Part shown: positions 18,489-29,193 of the stretch, one piece after another
Layout of the letters: the number at the start of each line of letters is the position of its first letter
How positions within the stretch are numbered: position 1 is the first letter of the stretch
Source: Gammaproteobacteria bacterium
GTDB lineage: Bacteria > Pseudomonadota > Gammaproteobacteria > SpSt-1174
DNA: 64,000 nt
Assembly (NCBI GenBank): GCA_037388465.1
Contig: JARRKE010000005.1
Span: 5,010 to 69,009 of the forward strand
Reading direction: 5' to 3'
Translations under genes and position numbers: made by a program
The notes under the pieces: model-generated
Databases searched by the model: none
Told to the model about the DNA's origin: nothing
What the model saw: the letters and a program-made list of their open reading frames with translations, nothing else

Positions 18489-19943
18489 ATGTTAAAGACC
18501 GGCCTACATCTGCGCCTGGGTCAAAACCTCACCATGACCCCCCAGCTTCAGCAGGCTATCAAGCTGCTGCAGCTGTCCACACTCGAACTGACCACCCAGA
18601 TCCAGGAGGCCCTGGAACAGAATCCCATGCTGGAAGTCGAGGAGGAGGCCGAAACCACGGCGAGCGCCTCCGAAAACGGCAACGGTCAATCCCTCTCCGA
18701 GGAAAGCGAAAACCTGGGCACCACGGCGGAAGACACCATCCCCGAGGACCTGCCGGTGGACAGCCAGTGGGAGGACATCTACGACCTGCCCACCCCCCTG
18801 GTCGGCACCCCCGATTACGACGCCCGCGATCCGATCGATTATCAAAGCGGCGACGAGGAGACCCTCCAGGACCACCTGCAGTGGCAACTGGACATGACCT
18901 CGCTGAGTGAACAGGACCGCGCCATTGCGAGCACGCTGATCGACTCCATCGACGAAAACGGCTATCTGCAGGACTCCATCGAAAGGATCCACGCCGCGCT
19001 CGCGCACGACCTGGACGTGGACCTGGACGAAGTGCTGGCCATGCAGCACCTCATCCAGCATTTCGACCCCATCGGCTGCGGCGCCCACGACCTGCGCGAG
19101 GCACTGCTGATCCAGCTGGGGCAGTTCCCCACGGACACCCCCTGGCTCGCCCAGGCCAAGACCCTGGTCGACGCGCATCTGGACCTGCTGGCGGCACGCG
19201 ACACCCGCAAGCTCAGCCGGCTCCTGAAGGTGAACGAAGATGACCTGCAGCCGATCATCGAGCTGATCCAGGGCCTGAATCCGCGCCCCGGCAGCCTGGT
19301 CGGCAGCAGCCGCACCGAATACATCGTGCCCGACGTCTATGTGCGCAAGCTCAGCGGCCACTGGCAGGTCGAACTGAATCCCGAGATTTCCCCCCGCCTG
19401 CGGGTCAACCCGCTGTATGCCAGTTTCGTCAAGCGCGCCGACACCAGCACCGACAACCAATACCTGCGCAATCATCTGCAGGAGGCGCGCTGGTTCATCA
19501 AGAGCCTGCAAAGCCGCAACGAGACCCTGTTGCGGGTCGCCAGCGCCATCGTCCAGCACCAGCAGGCCTTCCTCGAATACGGCGAAGAGGCCATGAAGCC
19601 GCTGGTGCTGCGCGACATCGCCGAAGAGCTCGAAATGCACGAATCCACCATTTCGCGCGTCACCACCCAGAAATACATGCACACGCCCCGCGGGGTGTTC
19701 GAATTCAAGTACTTCTTCTCCAGTCATGTCGGCACCGCCGACGGCGGGGAATGCTCGGCCACGGCCATCCGCGCCATGATCCGCAAGCTGGTGGCCGAGG
19801 AGGACTCGGGCAAACCCCTGAGCGACAGCCGGATTGCGACTATCCTCAAGGAAAGGGGGATACAGGTCGCCCGCCGCACGGTAGCCAAGTACCGCGAGGG
19901 CATGAACATCGCGCCTTCCAACGAGCGCCGTCGACTGGTCTGA
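18489..19943 (+). CDS. rpoN: RNA polymerase sigma-54 factor
   Basis: Region I ([27 protein letters not shown]) and the RpoN box ([10 protein letters not shown]). Start chosen at [10 protein letters not shown] rather than the in-frame GTG at 18399. Confidence 0.95.
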   Translation: MLKTGLHLRLGQNLTMTPQLQQAIKLLQLSTLELTTQIQEALEQNPMLEVEEEAETTASASENGNGQSLSEESENLGTTAEDTIPEDLPVDSQWEDIYDLPTPLVGTPDYDARDPIDYQSGDEETLQDHLQWQLDMTSLSEQDRAIASTLIDSIDENGYLQDSIERIHAALAHDLDVDLDEVLAMQHLIQHFDPIGCGAHDLREALLIQLGQFPTDTPWLAQAKTLVDAHLDLLAARDTRKLSRLLKVNEDDLQPIIELIQGLNPRPGSLVGSSRTEYIVPDVYVRKLSGHWQVELNPEISPRLRVNPLYASFVKRADTSTDNQYLRNHLQEARWFIKSLQSRNETLLRVASAIVQHQQAFLEYGEEAMKPLVLRDIAEELEMHESTISRVTTQKYMHTPRGVFEFKYFFSSHVGTADGGECSATAIRAMIRKLVAEEDSGKPLSDSRIATILKERGIQVARRTVAKYREGMNIAPSNERRRLV

Positions 19944-20145
19944 ATGCTGACACATGAACCGTCTTAATACGCCCGCCGTCACTGACTGGCCCTGCCGCCC
20001 GGCAGTGCCCGCGGGCGTGTTGTCGTCCAACGGGAATCAGTCATGCCCTTTGCGATTCCCGTTCGGGAAGCCTGAGGCTAGACTTCCCGCCTCCAACCAC
20101 AGGGTACAACGCAGGCCACGAGGCCTATCAAGAGGAGTAACCACA

Positions 20146-20469
20146 ATGCAACTCGATCTCACAGGTCACCACATGGACATCACCCCCGCCCTGCGCGACT
20201 ACGTCACGGACAAAATGGGCAAGCTCGAACGCCATTTCGATAACGTGATCGACGTCCACGTGGTCCTTTCGGTCGAAAAACTCCGCCACAAGGCCGAGGC
20301 AAGCATCCTGGTCAGCGGCAACAAGCTGTTTGCCGACGCCGTTGACGAAGACATGTACGCCGCTATCGACGCTCTGTCGGACAAGCTGGATCGCCAGGTA
20401 CTGAAACACAAGGACAAGGTTCAGGATCATCACCGGGCTGAAGGCTCTCACCGCAACCAGGCCTCCTGA
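20146..20469 (+). CDS. hpf: Ribosome hibernation promoting factor
   Basis: MQLDLTGHHMDITPALRDYV, preceded by an AGAGGAG Shine-Dalgarno sequence. Confidence 0.9.
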   Translation: MQLDLTGHHMDITPALRDYVTDKMGKLERHFDNVIDVHVVLSVEKLRHKAEASILVSGNKLFADAVDEDMYAAIDALSDKLDRQVLKHKDKVQDHHRAEGSHRNQAS

Positions 20470-20479
20470 CACCTGCATC

Positions 20480-20941
20480 ATGAACATCGGCGATCTACTC
20501 AGCTCCGAACGGGTCTGTTACGACCTGAACGCGAACAGCAAGAAGGCGGCACTGGAGGCCCTCAGCAAGCTGCTCGCGGACGACGACTCGTCTGCCATCG
20601 AGATCTTCGACGGACTGATCGGCCGTGAACGCCTGGGCAATACCGGGCTGGGCAAAGGCATTGCCATACCCCATGCCCGGATTGCCTCGGCGAAACACCT
20701 CAAGGCCGCACTGATCAAACTGGCGCAACCCATCGATTACGACGCCGCGGACCATGTCCCGGTCGACATGCTGTTCTGTATGCTGGTGCCGGAAGAGGCC
20801 AGCCAGGAATACCTGAATGTCATCGCCGCCATCGCCTCCCTGTTTTCCGATGCGGAAGCGGTCGAACACCTGCGCTCGGCGGGTACCGCCGAGGCCATGC
20901 TTAACCAAGTTGCGAGCCGCAAGGTCAGCGACGCCGCGTGA
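20480..20941 (+). CDS. ptsN: PTS EIIA-Ntr
   Basis: 153 aa. NTGLGKGIAIPHAR active-site His region. Confidence 0.9.
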   Translation: MNIGDLLSSERVCYDLNANSKKAALEALSKLLADDDSSAIEIFDGLIGRERLGNTGLGKGIAIPHARIASAKHLKAALIKLAQPIDYDAADHVPVDMLFCMLVPEEASQEYLNVIAAIASLFSDAEAVEHLRSAGTAEAMLNQVASRKVSDAA

Positions 20942-21891
20942 GTGACGACATGAGCAAAGCCATCTCTGCACGTTATCTGTTCGATACCATGCGGGACCGG
21001 CTCAAGCTCTCCTGGGTCGCCGGTCATGAAGGTGGCGACCAGATACTCGAACAGGAAGTGGTCAAGCAGGGCGGCGCCTCCCTGCTCGGCCACCTCAACC
21101 TGATTCATCCGAATCAGATTCAGGTCATCGGCGAAGTCGAGATGGCCTACCTGACCCGTCTGCGCAAGAACTCGCTGCAGGACACCTACGAAGAGCTTTT
21201 CCACAGCAAGCCCGCCATCATCCTGATGGCCGACGGCGAAAAGCCGCCCAAGTACTTCCTGCAACTCGCCGACCGCTACCAGGTCCCGCTGTTCAATACG
21301 CCGATGCCTGGATACGAGGTCATCTCGATCCTGCGCTATTACCTGACCAACCGCATGGCGGAATCGACGACCGTGCACGGCGTCTACATGGAGGTCATGG
21401 GTATCGGCGTGCTGCTGGCGGGTGAAAGCAGCGTCGGCAAAAGCGAGCTTGCGCTCGACCTGATCAACCGCGGACACCGCCTGATCGCGGACGACTCGCC
21501 GGTGTTCGCCCGCATCGCGCCGGACATCCTGCACGGCTCCTGCCCGGAGGTGCTGCAGGACTTTCTCGAGGTGCGCGGCCTGGGCGTGCTCAACATCCGC
21601 TCCATGTACGGCGACAACGCCATCAAGAACGGCAAGTACCTGCGTCTGATCGTGCATCTCAAACACTACCGCGAGGTGCGCATGAGCGAAAACGACCGTC
21701 TGCAGGGCAGGGTCCGCTATCGCGAGATCCTGGGGCTGCAGATTCCCGAGGTCACCATCCCGGTGGCGCCGGGGCGCAACCTCGCGGTGCTGGTCGAGGC
21801 CGCCGTACGCATCCACCTGTTGCGCGAAGGCGGCTACAATGCCGGCAGCGACCTCGCGGACCGTCAGCAGACCATCATGAACAGAACATGA
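20938..21891 (+). CDS. hprK: HPr kinase/phosphorylase
   Basis: GESSVGKSELAL P-loop with C-terminal HprK signature. ATGA overlap with ptsN. Confidence 0.9.
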   Translation: MSDDMSKAISARYLFDTMRDRLKLSWVAGHEGGDQILEQEVVKQGGASLLGHLNLIHPNQIQVIGEVEMAYLTRLRKNSLQDTYEELFHSKPAIILMADGEKPPKYFLQLADRYQVPLFNTPMPGYEVISILRYYLTNRMAESTTVHGVYMEVMGIGVLLAGESSVGKSELALDLINRGHRLIADDSPVFARIAPDILHGSCPEVLQDFLEVRGLGVLNIRSMYGDNAIKNGKYLRLIVHLKHYREVRMSENDRLQGRVRYREILGLQIPEVTIPVAPGRNLAVLVEAAVRIHLLREGGYNAGSDLADRQQTIMNRT

Positions 21892-22748
21892 AGCTCGTTA
21901 TAGTCAGCGGGCTTTCGGGATCAGGAAAAACCGTCGCACTGCACGCCCTCGAAGACGAGGGCTACTACTGCGTCGACAACCTACCCCTCGGTCTGCTCAC
22001 CGCCTTCGTGGATGAACTGCTGGAACGCAAATTACGCCTGTACGATCAGGCTGCGGTGGGCATCGATGCACGCAGCGGCGTTGAGGAACTGGAACGCTTT
22101 CCCCAGATCGTCGAGGAGATCCGCTCACGCGGCGTCGACCTGGACATCATCTTCCTGCAGGCCGAGGTCGAGACGCTGCTCAAGCGTTTCAACGAAACCC
22201 GGCGCAGACATCCCCTGAGCCGCAAGGGACTCCCGCTGATCGAGGCCGTGCATCTGGAGCGCAGCCTGCTGACGCACATCTCGAACTGCGCCGATCTCAT
22301 CATCGACACCACGCGCACCAACGTACACGAACTCAACAGCATGTTGCGCCAGCGTGTCGGACTGCGCGAGACCGGCAACCTTTCCATCCAGTTCCAGTCG
22401 TTCGGCTTCAAGCACGGCACGCCGGCCGATTCGGATTTCGTATTCGACATCCGCTGCCTGCCCAACCCCCATTGGGAACCGCGCCTGCGCCAGCATACCG
22501 GCCTGGACCAGCCCGTGATGGATTTCCTGGAAGGGCACGCGCTGGTCGAAAAGATGTTCAGCATGATCACGCGCTTTCTGGAAACCTGGCTGCCGGAATT
22601 CGAGGCCGGCAACCGGCGTTACCTGAGCGTATCCATCGGCTGCACCGGCGGCCAGCACCGCTCCGTCTACATGGCGGAACGCCTCGCAGCCCATTTTCGC
22701 GGCGGCTACGGGGAACAGGTCAACGTACGCCATAGAGAACTCAACTAG
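21888..22748 (+). CDS. rapZ: RNase adaptor protein RapZ (YhbJ)
   Basis: MKLVIVSGLSGSGKTVAL P-loop. ATGA overlap with hprK. Confidence 0.9.
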   Translation: MKLVIVSGLSGSGKTVALHALEDEGYYCVDNLPLGLLTAFVDELLERKLRLYDQAAVGIDARSGVEELERFPQIVEEIRSRGVDLDIIFLQAEVETLLKRFNETRRRHPLSRKGLPLIEAVHLERSLLTHISNCADLIIDTTRTNVHELNSMLRQRVGLRETGNLSIQFQSFGFKHGTPADSDFVFDIRCLPNPHWEPRLRQHTGLDQPVMDFLEGHALVEKMFSMITRFLETWLPEFEAGNRRYLSVSIGCTGGQHRSVYMAERLAAHFRGGYGEQVNVRHRELN

Positions 22749-22783
22749 CACCCTGTCCCGGTTCAGGGCAAACTAGGCACGCC

Positions 22784-23173
22784 ATGTCGGTTGGACTGCT
22801 CATCATTACGCATAATCTGCTGGGGGAAGACCTGCTCAGCACGGCCCGCAACATGCTGGGCCGCTGTCCGCTGAAGACGCGCACCCTGGCCATTTCGCTC
22901 AATTGCGACCCCGAGCGGCAGCATCAGCGCGCCCAGGAATACTGCCAGGAAGTGGACGAGGGCGACGGCGTGCTGGTGCTCACCGACATGTTCGGATCCA
23001 CCCCGAGCAATATCGCATCGCGGCTGTGCAACGAGAACGTCCGGGTCATCGCCGGTCTCAGCCTGCCCATGCTGGTGCGTATCTTCAACTACCCGGACCT
23101 CGACCTCGACGCCCTGGCCGCCAAGGCCATCAGCGGCGGGCACGACGGGGTCGTTATCTGCAGCCAGACATAA
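22784..23173 (+). CDS. PTS EIIA, mannose/fructose family
   Basis: MSVGLLIITHNLLGEDLL and DMFGSTPSN motifs. Confidence 0.8.
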   Translation: MSVGLLIITHNLLGEDLLSTARNMLGRCPLKTRTLAISLNCDPERQHQRAQEYCQEVDEGDGVLVLTDMFGSTPSNIASRLCNENVRVIAGLSLPMLVRIFNYPDLDLDALAAKAISGGHDGVVICSQT

Positions 23174-23175
23174 CC

Positions 23176-23445
23176 ATGCCGAGCAAGGACATCGCCATCG
23201 TCAACAAACTCGGTCTGCACGCCCGCGCGGCAGCCAAGTTCGTCAACCTCGCCTCCCAGTTCGCCGCGGATATCGAGGTGGAAAAATCCGGCCAGCGCGT
23301 CAACGGCAAAAGCATCATGGGCGTCATGATGCTGGCCGCCAGCCAGGGCTCGACGCTGCGCCTGCACGTCAGCGGCAAAGATGAAGAAGAAGCCCTGCAG
23401 CAACTCGAAACGCTGATCAACGACCGATTCGGCGAATCCGAGTAA
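23176..23445 (+). CDS. ptsH: Phosphocarrier protein HPr
   Basis: IVNKLGLHARAAAKFV (His15 region) and GKSIMGVMML (Ser46 region). Confidence 0.9.
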   Translation: MPSKDIAIVNKLGLHARAAAKFVNLASQFAADIEVEKSGQRVNGKSIMGVMMLAASQGSTLRLHVSGKDEEEALQQLETLINDRFGESE

Positions 23446-23572
23446 CCATCGACAACGCTCGGCCATTCCAGTATTTTCCTAGATTGCCCAAGGATCGGGT
23501 ACTCAACAAAAACACGACAAGACCGGAGCCCGGGCATGACAGGGGCGAACGGCTGAGGATGGGAAATAGTTC

Positions 23573-25318
23573 ATGAGTCTACTGCTGGACGGCATAGGAG
23601 TTTCGCGTGGCGTTGCCATCGGCAAGGTGCGCCTGCTCGAGCGCAATCAGCCCGAGCTGTACGAATATGCCATTCCCGACAAGTTCATCGATGCGGAAGT
23701 ACGGCGCTATCGGTCGGCCTTGAAAAAGGCCGCCGCCCAGTTGAGTGATATCCGCAACCACATCCCCGACAAAGCCCCCGCGGATGTAGCCAGCTTCATC
23801 GATGCGCATCTGTTGATGCTCAACGACAGTCTGCTGGCGGAAGCGCCGGTGGAAATCATCCGCACGCAGAACTGCAACGCCGAATGGGCGCTCAAGCTGC
23901 AGCGTGACAAGCTGGTTGCCGTCTTCGATGAAATGGAAGATCCCTACCTGCGTACTCGCAAGGACGACATCGAGCACGTCATCCGCCTTATCCAGATGAT
24001 CCTGCTGAATCAGGAAACCCGCGAGGACATGCTCTCCAAGAGCCTGCGCGGACACATCGTGGTCGCGGACGAGTTGACGCCGGCCGATGCCGTCATGCTC
24101 GAACACCAGAACGTCGCGGGCTTCATCACCGAATACGGCGGACCGCTCTCACATACCGCGATCCTCGCCCGCAGCCTGGGCATTCCCGCCGTAGTCGGCA
24201 TCCACAATGCCTGCCGCCTGCTCGCCGAGGAGGAGTCCATCATCCTCGACGGCGGCGCCGGCATGATCATCGCGGGCGCGGATGCCGGCATCCTGCGCCA
24301 TTTCCGCAAACGCCAAGAGGCCTTCCGGCGCCAGCGCCGCGAACTGGACAAACTGCGTAACCTGCCGGCACGCAGCCTCGACGGGGTCGACATCACCCTG
24401 CACGCCAATATCGAATTGAAGGAGGACCTGCGCGCACTGCGCCAGGTCGGCGCGCTGGGCGTGGGCCTGTATCGCACCGAATTCCTGTACATGAACCGCG
24501 ACACGGAACCCGACGAGGACGAACAGCTGCGGGTATACCGTCAGGTGGTGCGCTCCCTGGACGGCAAACCGCTGACCATCCGCACACTCGATCTGGGCGC
24601 CGACAAGGAGTGCGGAACTGAAATCGAAGGGGCGCTGGCACCCAACCCCGCCCTCGGGCTGCGCGCCATCCGCCGTTCGCTGAAGGATGCCGGCCAGTTC
24701 ATGCCTCAGCTGCGCGCCATCCTGCGCGCGGCCGCCAACGGGCCGGTGCGACTGATGTTTCCCATGCTGACCAGCGTGCAGGAACTCGATCTCGCCCTGG
24801 AACTGGTGGAACAGGCCAAGGCGGAGCTGCGCAGTGAGCGCAAACGCTTTGACGAAAACCTGGCGCTGGGCGCGATGATCGAGGTGCCTGCGGCGGCTCT
24901 GGTCGCGGATGCCTTTGCGGAACGGCTGGATTTTCTCTCCATCGGCACCAACGACCTGATCCAGTACACCCTGGCGATCGACCGGATCGACGAAGAGGTC
25001 AACTACCTCTACGACCCGCTGCATCCTTCCGTGCTGAAGCTCATCCACATGACCCTGCAGGCAGGCAGCGATGCCGGCACTCCCGTTTCGATGTGCGGTG
25101 AAATGGCGGGCGATCCCCGCTATACCCGCCTGTTGCTGGGGCTCGGGCTGCGGGAATTCAGCATGCAGCCCGCCACCATGCTGGAGGTGAAACGGGTCAT
25201 CCAGAACACCCGCATCGACACCCTCGCCAAACCCACCAAGCGCATCCTGCGTACCCACGACTCACGCACCATCCACGCCCTGCTCGAGGAACTGAACGAA
25301 GGTCTCGTACTCACATGA
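23573..25318 (+). CDS. ptsI: PTS Enzyme I
   Basis: 581 aa. GGPLSHTAILARSLGIPAVVG phospho-His region, followed by a PEP-utilising TIM barrel. Confidence 0.9.
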   Translation: MSLLLDGIGVSRGVAIGKVRLLERNQPELYEYAIPDKFIDAEVRRYRSALKKAAAQLSDIRNHIPDKAPADVASFIDAHLLMLNDSLLAEAPVEIIRTQNCNAEWALKLQRDKLVAVFDEMEDPYLRTRKDDIEHVIRLIQMILLNQETREDMLSKSLRGHIVVADELTPADAVMLEHQNVAGFITEYGGPLSHTAILARSLGIPAVVGIHNACRLLAEEESIILDGGAGMIIAGADAGILRHFRKRQEAFRRQRRELDKLRNLPARSLDGVDITLHANIELKEDLRALRQVGALGVGLYRTEFLYMNRDTEPDEDEQLRVYRQVVRSLDGKPLTIRTLDLGADKECGTEIEGALAPNPALGLRAIRRSLKDAGQFMPQLRAILRAAANGPVRLMFPMLTSVQELDLALELVEQAKAELRSERKRFDENLALGAMIEVPAAALVADAFAERLDFLSIGTNDLIQYTLAIDRIDEEVNYLYDPLHPSVLKLIHMTLQAGSDAGTPVSMCGEMAGDPRYTRLLLGLGLREFSMQPATMLEVKRVIQNTRIDTLAKPTKRILRTHDSRTIHALLEELNEGLVLT

Positions 25319-25474
25319 GCCGTACCCGCACCGCATGCGGAGAAAGCAGTAACCGGCGCTGGTGCAGGGCAACATGATCGATTGCCGGGCTTCGGACCGG
25401 CAGTCCGTATCAATCGCGGCATCGCCCTTGTTACACTGAGCGGCTGAGTATCCACTTTTTCCCGAGGGCGCCCC

Positions 25475-26860
25475 ATGGCCGAAACCGAGATTCGGACCAA
25501 GACCGAGCATCTGCTTGAGCACCTCGCCTCCGTCTTCGAGGAGGGCGCTATCCGCAGCGGGGCCCTGGATGCGGTGCGTTCCATGCTCAATGCGCTGCAT
25601 CCGGCCGAGATCGCCCATCTGCTCGAGACGCTGCCGCCCGCCCGGCGCGAACTGGTCTGGGAACTCGTCGATTCCGAAAACGACGGTGAAGTGCTGGTCC
25701 ATCTGGGTGACGAGATCCGCGCCAGCCTGATCCGCGAGATGGACACGGAGGAGCTGCTCTCGGCCATCCGCGACCTCGACCTCGACGACCTCGCCGACTT
25801 CATCCAGGATCTGCCCGCCCAGGTCATGGCCGAGACCCTGGAGGCCATGGACAAGCAGGACCGCCACCGCCTGGAGTCCGTGCTGTCCTATCCGGAAGAC
25901 TCGGCCGGCGGCCTGATGAACACCGACACCATCACGGTGCGCGCCAACGTCACGCTGGACGTGGTGCTGCGTTACCTGCGCCGTCATGGTGAGCTGCCGG
26001 AGGCCACCGACAACCTGATCGTGGTCAACCGCTTCGACAAGTATCTGGGCATCCTGCCGCTCTCGGTGCTGGTGGCCAGCGAACTGGACAACACGGTGGC
26101 CGAGGTCATGAATCAGGGGATCGAACCGATCCCGGCAGACATGAAGGCCGGGGGAGTGGCCAAACGGTTCGAGGACCTGGACCTGATCACCGCGCCGGTG
26201 GTCGACGAAAACGGCCGCCTGCTCGGTCGTATCACCATCGACGACGTGGTGGACCTCATCCGCGAGGAGGCGGAACACGCCGCGGTCACGCCGATGACCG
26301 GCCCAACCGAAGAGGACCTGTTCGCGCCCATCTGGCCCAGCACGCGGCGGCGTGCCGTCTGGCTTGGCATCAACCTCGCCACCGCCTTCCTGGCCTCCTG
26401 GGTGATCGGCCGGTTCGAGGGCGCCCTGCAGCAGCTCGTCACGCTGGCCGTGCTCATGCCCATCGTCGCCAGCATGGGCGGGATCGCCGGCACCCAGACC
26501 ATGACCGTGGTGATCCGCGCCCAGGCGCTGGGGCAGGTGGCCTCCTCCAGCCTGCGCTGGCTGTTCCTGAAAGAGATTTCCGTCAGCCTGCTGAACGGTC
26601 TGCTATGGGCCCTGGTCGTCGCTCTGATTGCCGTATGGTGGTTCGGCAACGATCAGATCGGCGGCATCATCGCCCTGGCCATGATCATCAACCTCCTCAA
26701 CGCCGGCCTGGTGGGTATGGTCCTGCCCCTCATCATGCGCCGCATGGGCATCGACCCCGCCGTGGCGGGGGCCACCATCCTCACTACCTTCACCGACGTG
26801 GTGGGCTACGCCTCCTTCCTCGGCCTGGCCACGCTACTCATCGTCCGGCATCACACCTGA
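25475..26860 (+). CDS. mgtE: Magnesium transporter MgtE (N-domain, tandem CBS, TM domain)
   Basis: 461 aa with the characteristic MgtE architecture. Confidence 0.9.
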   Translation: MAETEIRTKTEHLLEHLASVFEEGAIRSGALDAVRSMLNALHPAEIAHLLETLPPARRELVWELVDSENDGEVLVHLGDEIRASLIREMDTEELLSAIRDLDLDDLADFIQDLPAQVMAETLEAMDKQDRHRLESVLSYPEDSAGGLMNTDTITVRANVTLDVVLRYLRRHGELPEATDNLIVVNRFDKYLGILPLSVLVASELDNTVAEVMNQGIEPIPADMKAGGVAKRFEDLDLITAPVVDENGRLLGRITIDDVVDLIREEAEHAAVTPMTGPTEEDLFAPIWPSTRRRAVWLGINLATAFLASWVIGRFEGALQQLVTLAVLMPIVASMGGIAGTQTMTVVIRAQALGQVASSSLRWLFLKEISVSLLNGLLWALVVALIAVWWFGNDQIGGIIALAMIINLLNAGLVGMVLPLIMRRMGIDPAVAGATILTTFTDVVGYASFLGLATLLIVRHHT

Positions 26861-26866
26861 GGACGA

Positions 26867-27184
26867 TTAACCGCGTTTAAGTGCCGTGCCCAGCAGGCCA
26901 TGCTGCTTGGTGGGCGCAACGGGCTGACGCTCGAAGTCTTGTACCAGCGTGTCCAGCGCCAGCAGAATACGGCGCAGCAAATCGTCGTCGGGACCCGGCA
27001 TGCCCTCCTCCTCGGCCACCGCCACCTCCGCCGCATCGTATTCCCAGGCACTCAGGATCTGGATCTTCTGATCCAGGGTCAGATCGGGATGATCGACGAC
27101 CTCCTCCGGGCCGGCAAAAACCGCGGCGGGATCGCGAAAGGCCTGTTCCAGCCTTTCTCGCGTCATGTGTACTTGGTCAGTCAT
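26867..27184 (-). CDS. Small acidic hypothetical protein (~105 aa); N-terminus uncertain
   Basis: Minus-strand ORF convergent with mgtE, ending 6 nt after the mgtE stop. The ORF's extension upstream of 27184 is low-complexity. Confidence 0.4.
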   Translation of the reverse strand: MTDQVHMTRERLEQAFRDPAAVFAGPEEVVDHPDLTLDQKIQILSAWEYDAAEVAVAEEEGMPGPDDDLLRRILLALDTLVQDFERQPVAPTKQHGLLGTALKRG

Positions 27185-27595
27185 GGACACTCTCATACGT
27201 GTTGGGCAGAAAACAGGCCGCATGCGGCCCGAATAAGCTGCCCGCTTGCGCTCAAACCTTGCCTCGTAACGCAGGTGATGGCCGAACGGCTCGATTTTCG
27301 CTGCTTCGCTCATAACGGGCTTTAGCTTTACCATGGCCAGGCAACGGCGGCGGCGATATGCTGCGGCACAGCCGTCTGCCAGACGCGGCATGGCTCCCCA
27401 GTGTTTAACCCAATACGCGGAAATTGCAACGTGAATCGGGCCGGTGGATTTGGCCGGCAAGACCCATTGCCCATAACGGACCTTAAGTGATAGCCGGAAC
27501 CTATGATCCATATTTTCACAATCAATTAGCCTTAAATATAAGCGATTACTAATATTTAAGACGTCCCAACCACATCGCATCATTCAGGAGACGTC

Positions 27596-28249
27596 ATGGA
27601 AAACGTAGAGAGCAATGCCCCGGGCATGCCCCGGATCAACGAACCGGCCCCGTACTTCGAGGCCAAGACCACGCACGGCGTGAAAAAGCTGTCGGACTAC
27701 AAGGGCCGCTGGCTGATCCTGTTCTCACATCCGGCCGACTTCACCCCGGTGTGCACCACCGAGTTCACCGCCTTCGCCAGGCACTACGACGAATTCCAGG
27801 CCAGGAACTGCGACCTGCTGGGGCTGTCCATCGACAGCATCTATTCCCACCTGGCCTGGGTGCGCAACATCAAGGAGAAGTTCGGGGTCGACATCCAGTT
27901 CCCGATCATCGAGGACCTGAGCATGGCGGTGGCCAAGGCCTACGGCATGATCCACCCCGGCGCGGGCGACACCTCCGCGGTGCGCGCGACCTTCATCATC
28001 GACCCCGAGGGCGTATTGCGCGCCATGGTGTACTACCCGATGACCAACGGCCGCTCGATCCCCGAGTTCCTGCGTCTGCTCGAAGCCCTGCAGACCTCTT
28101 CGGCCAACGCCTGTGCCACGCCCGAAGGATGGCAGCCCGGCGACAAGGTCATCGTACCGCCGCCGCAGACGGCGGAGGCTGCCGAGGCACGAGCCGGTGA
28201 AGGTTACGAGTACACCGACTGGTACTTCAGCAAAAAAGAACTCGGCTGA
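27596..28249 (+). CDS. 1-Cys peroxiredoxin (Prx6/AhpC-TSA family)
   Basis: HPADFTPVCTTE peroxidatic Cys motif. Confidence 0.9.
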   Translation: MENVESNAPGMPRINEPAPYFEAKTTHGVKKLSDYKGRWLILFSHPADFTPVCTTEFTAFARHYDEFQARNCDLLGLSIDSIYSHLAWVRNIKEKFGVDIQFPIIEDLSMAVAKAYGMIHPGAGDTSAVRATFIIDPEGVLRAMVYYPMTNGRSIPEFLRLLEALQTSSANACATPEGWQPGDKVIVPPPQTAEAAEARAGEGYEYTDWYFSKKELG

Positions 28250-28285
28250 TCCTGGCGCCAGGCCTCGAGCCGGCTGCAACCCCGT

Positions 28286-28319
28286 CCGCGGCGTGCCATG
28301 GCACGCCGCGGCTTTTTGT
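28286..28319 (+). terminator. Rho-independent terminator
   Basis: CCGCGGCGTGCC-AT-GGCACGCCGCGG perfect 12-bp stem, then CTTTTTGT. Confidence 0.7.
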
Positions 28320-28441
28320 AGGCTATGCTGTTCAGGGTCCGCACCCGGCGGCAGCGGGATGAGGTCACTGCGCCATGCGACCAAACCGCCACACCCGGGC
28401 GTTGTCAGACTAAAACCACGAACAGCAGACGGTCACCCATC

Positions 28442-29158
28442 ATGTCCGAAAAACCCATAGCAGTCGTGACCGGTGCCAACCGCGGCATCGGCCTGGAAAC
28501 CTCCCGTCAGCTTGCCGGCAAGGGTTATCACGTCATCCTGACGGCACGGGCCACCCTCAAGGGCGAGCTGGCTGCGCAGAAACTGCGCGACGAGGGACTC
28601 GACGTCGAGTTCCAGACTCTGGACGTCACCGCACTCGACAGCATCAAGCGGCTGGCGCAGTACATTCAAAAAGAACACGGTCGGCTCGATGTGCTGGTGA
28701 ACAATGCAGGTATTTTCCCCGACCCTTCGCCCGGCGAGCCTGAAAGCAGCGCACTCAAGGCGGATATCGAAATCCTGCGCCAGGCCATGGAAACCAACAC
28801 TTTCGGGGCGCTGCGGGTATGCCAGTCCCTGGTTCCGTTGATGCAGGGGCGGCGCGGACGCGTCGTGAACATGTCGTCCGGCATGGGACAGTTGTCGGAG
28901 ATGAACGGCTGCTGCCCCGCCTATCGCCTCTCCAAGACGGCGCTCAATGCCGTGACGCGCATTCTCGCCGACGAACTCCAGGACACGGGGGTCAAGGTCA
29001 ACTCGGTGTGCCCCGGCTGGGTGCAGACCGATATGGGCGGACCCAACGCCACGCGGACGGTGGCCGAAGGGGCCGATACGGTGGTGTGGCTGGCGACCCT
29101 GCCCGAGGACGGCCCCAGCGGCGGATTCTTCCGCGACCGCGAACCGATCCCCTGGTGA
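28442..29158 (+). CDS. Short-chain dehydrogenase/reductase (carbonyl-reductase-like)
   Basis: VTGANRGIGLE (TGxxxGIG), NNAG, and YxxxK in CPAYRLSK. Confidence 0.85.
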   Translation: MSEKPIAVVTGANRGIGLETSRQLAGKGYHVILTARATLKGELAAQKLRDEGLDVEFQTLDVTALDSIKRLAQYIQKEHGRLDVLVNNAGIFPDPSPGEPESSALKADIEILRQAMETNTFGALRVCQSLVPLMQGRRGRVVNMSSGMGQLSEMNGCCPAYRLSKTALNAVTRILADELQDTGVKVNSVCPGWVQTDMGGPNATRTVAEGADTVVWLATLPEDGPSGGFFRDREPIPW

Positions 29159-29193
29159 GGGTTTCGTTAGGAGTTAGGCGAAGTGTAGTACCC

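Noticed and set aside
25319-25474. Mg2+ riboswitch (M-box) upstream of mgtE
   Set aside because: No recognisable M-box helices by eye. M-box is mainly a Firmicutes element and cannot be confirmed without covariance-model search (cmsearch RF00380).
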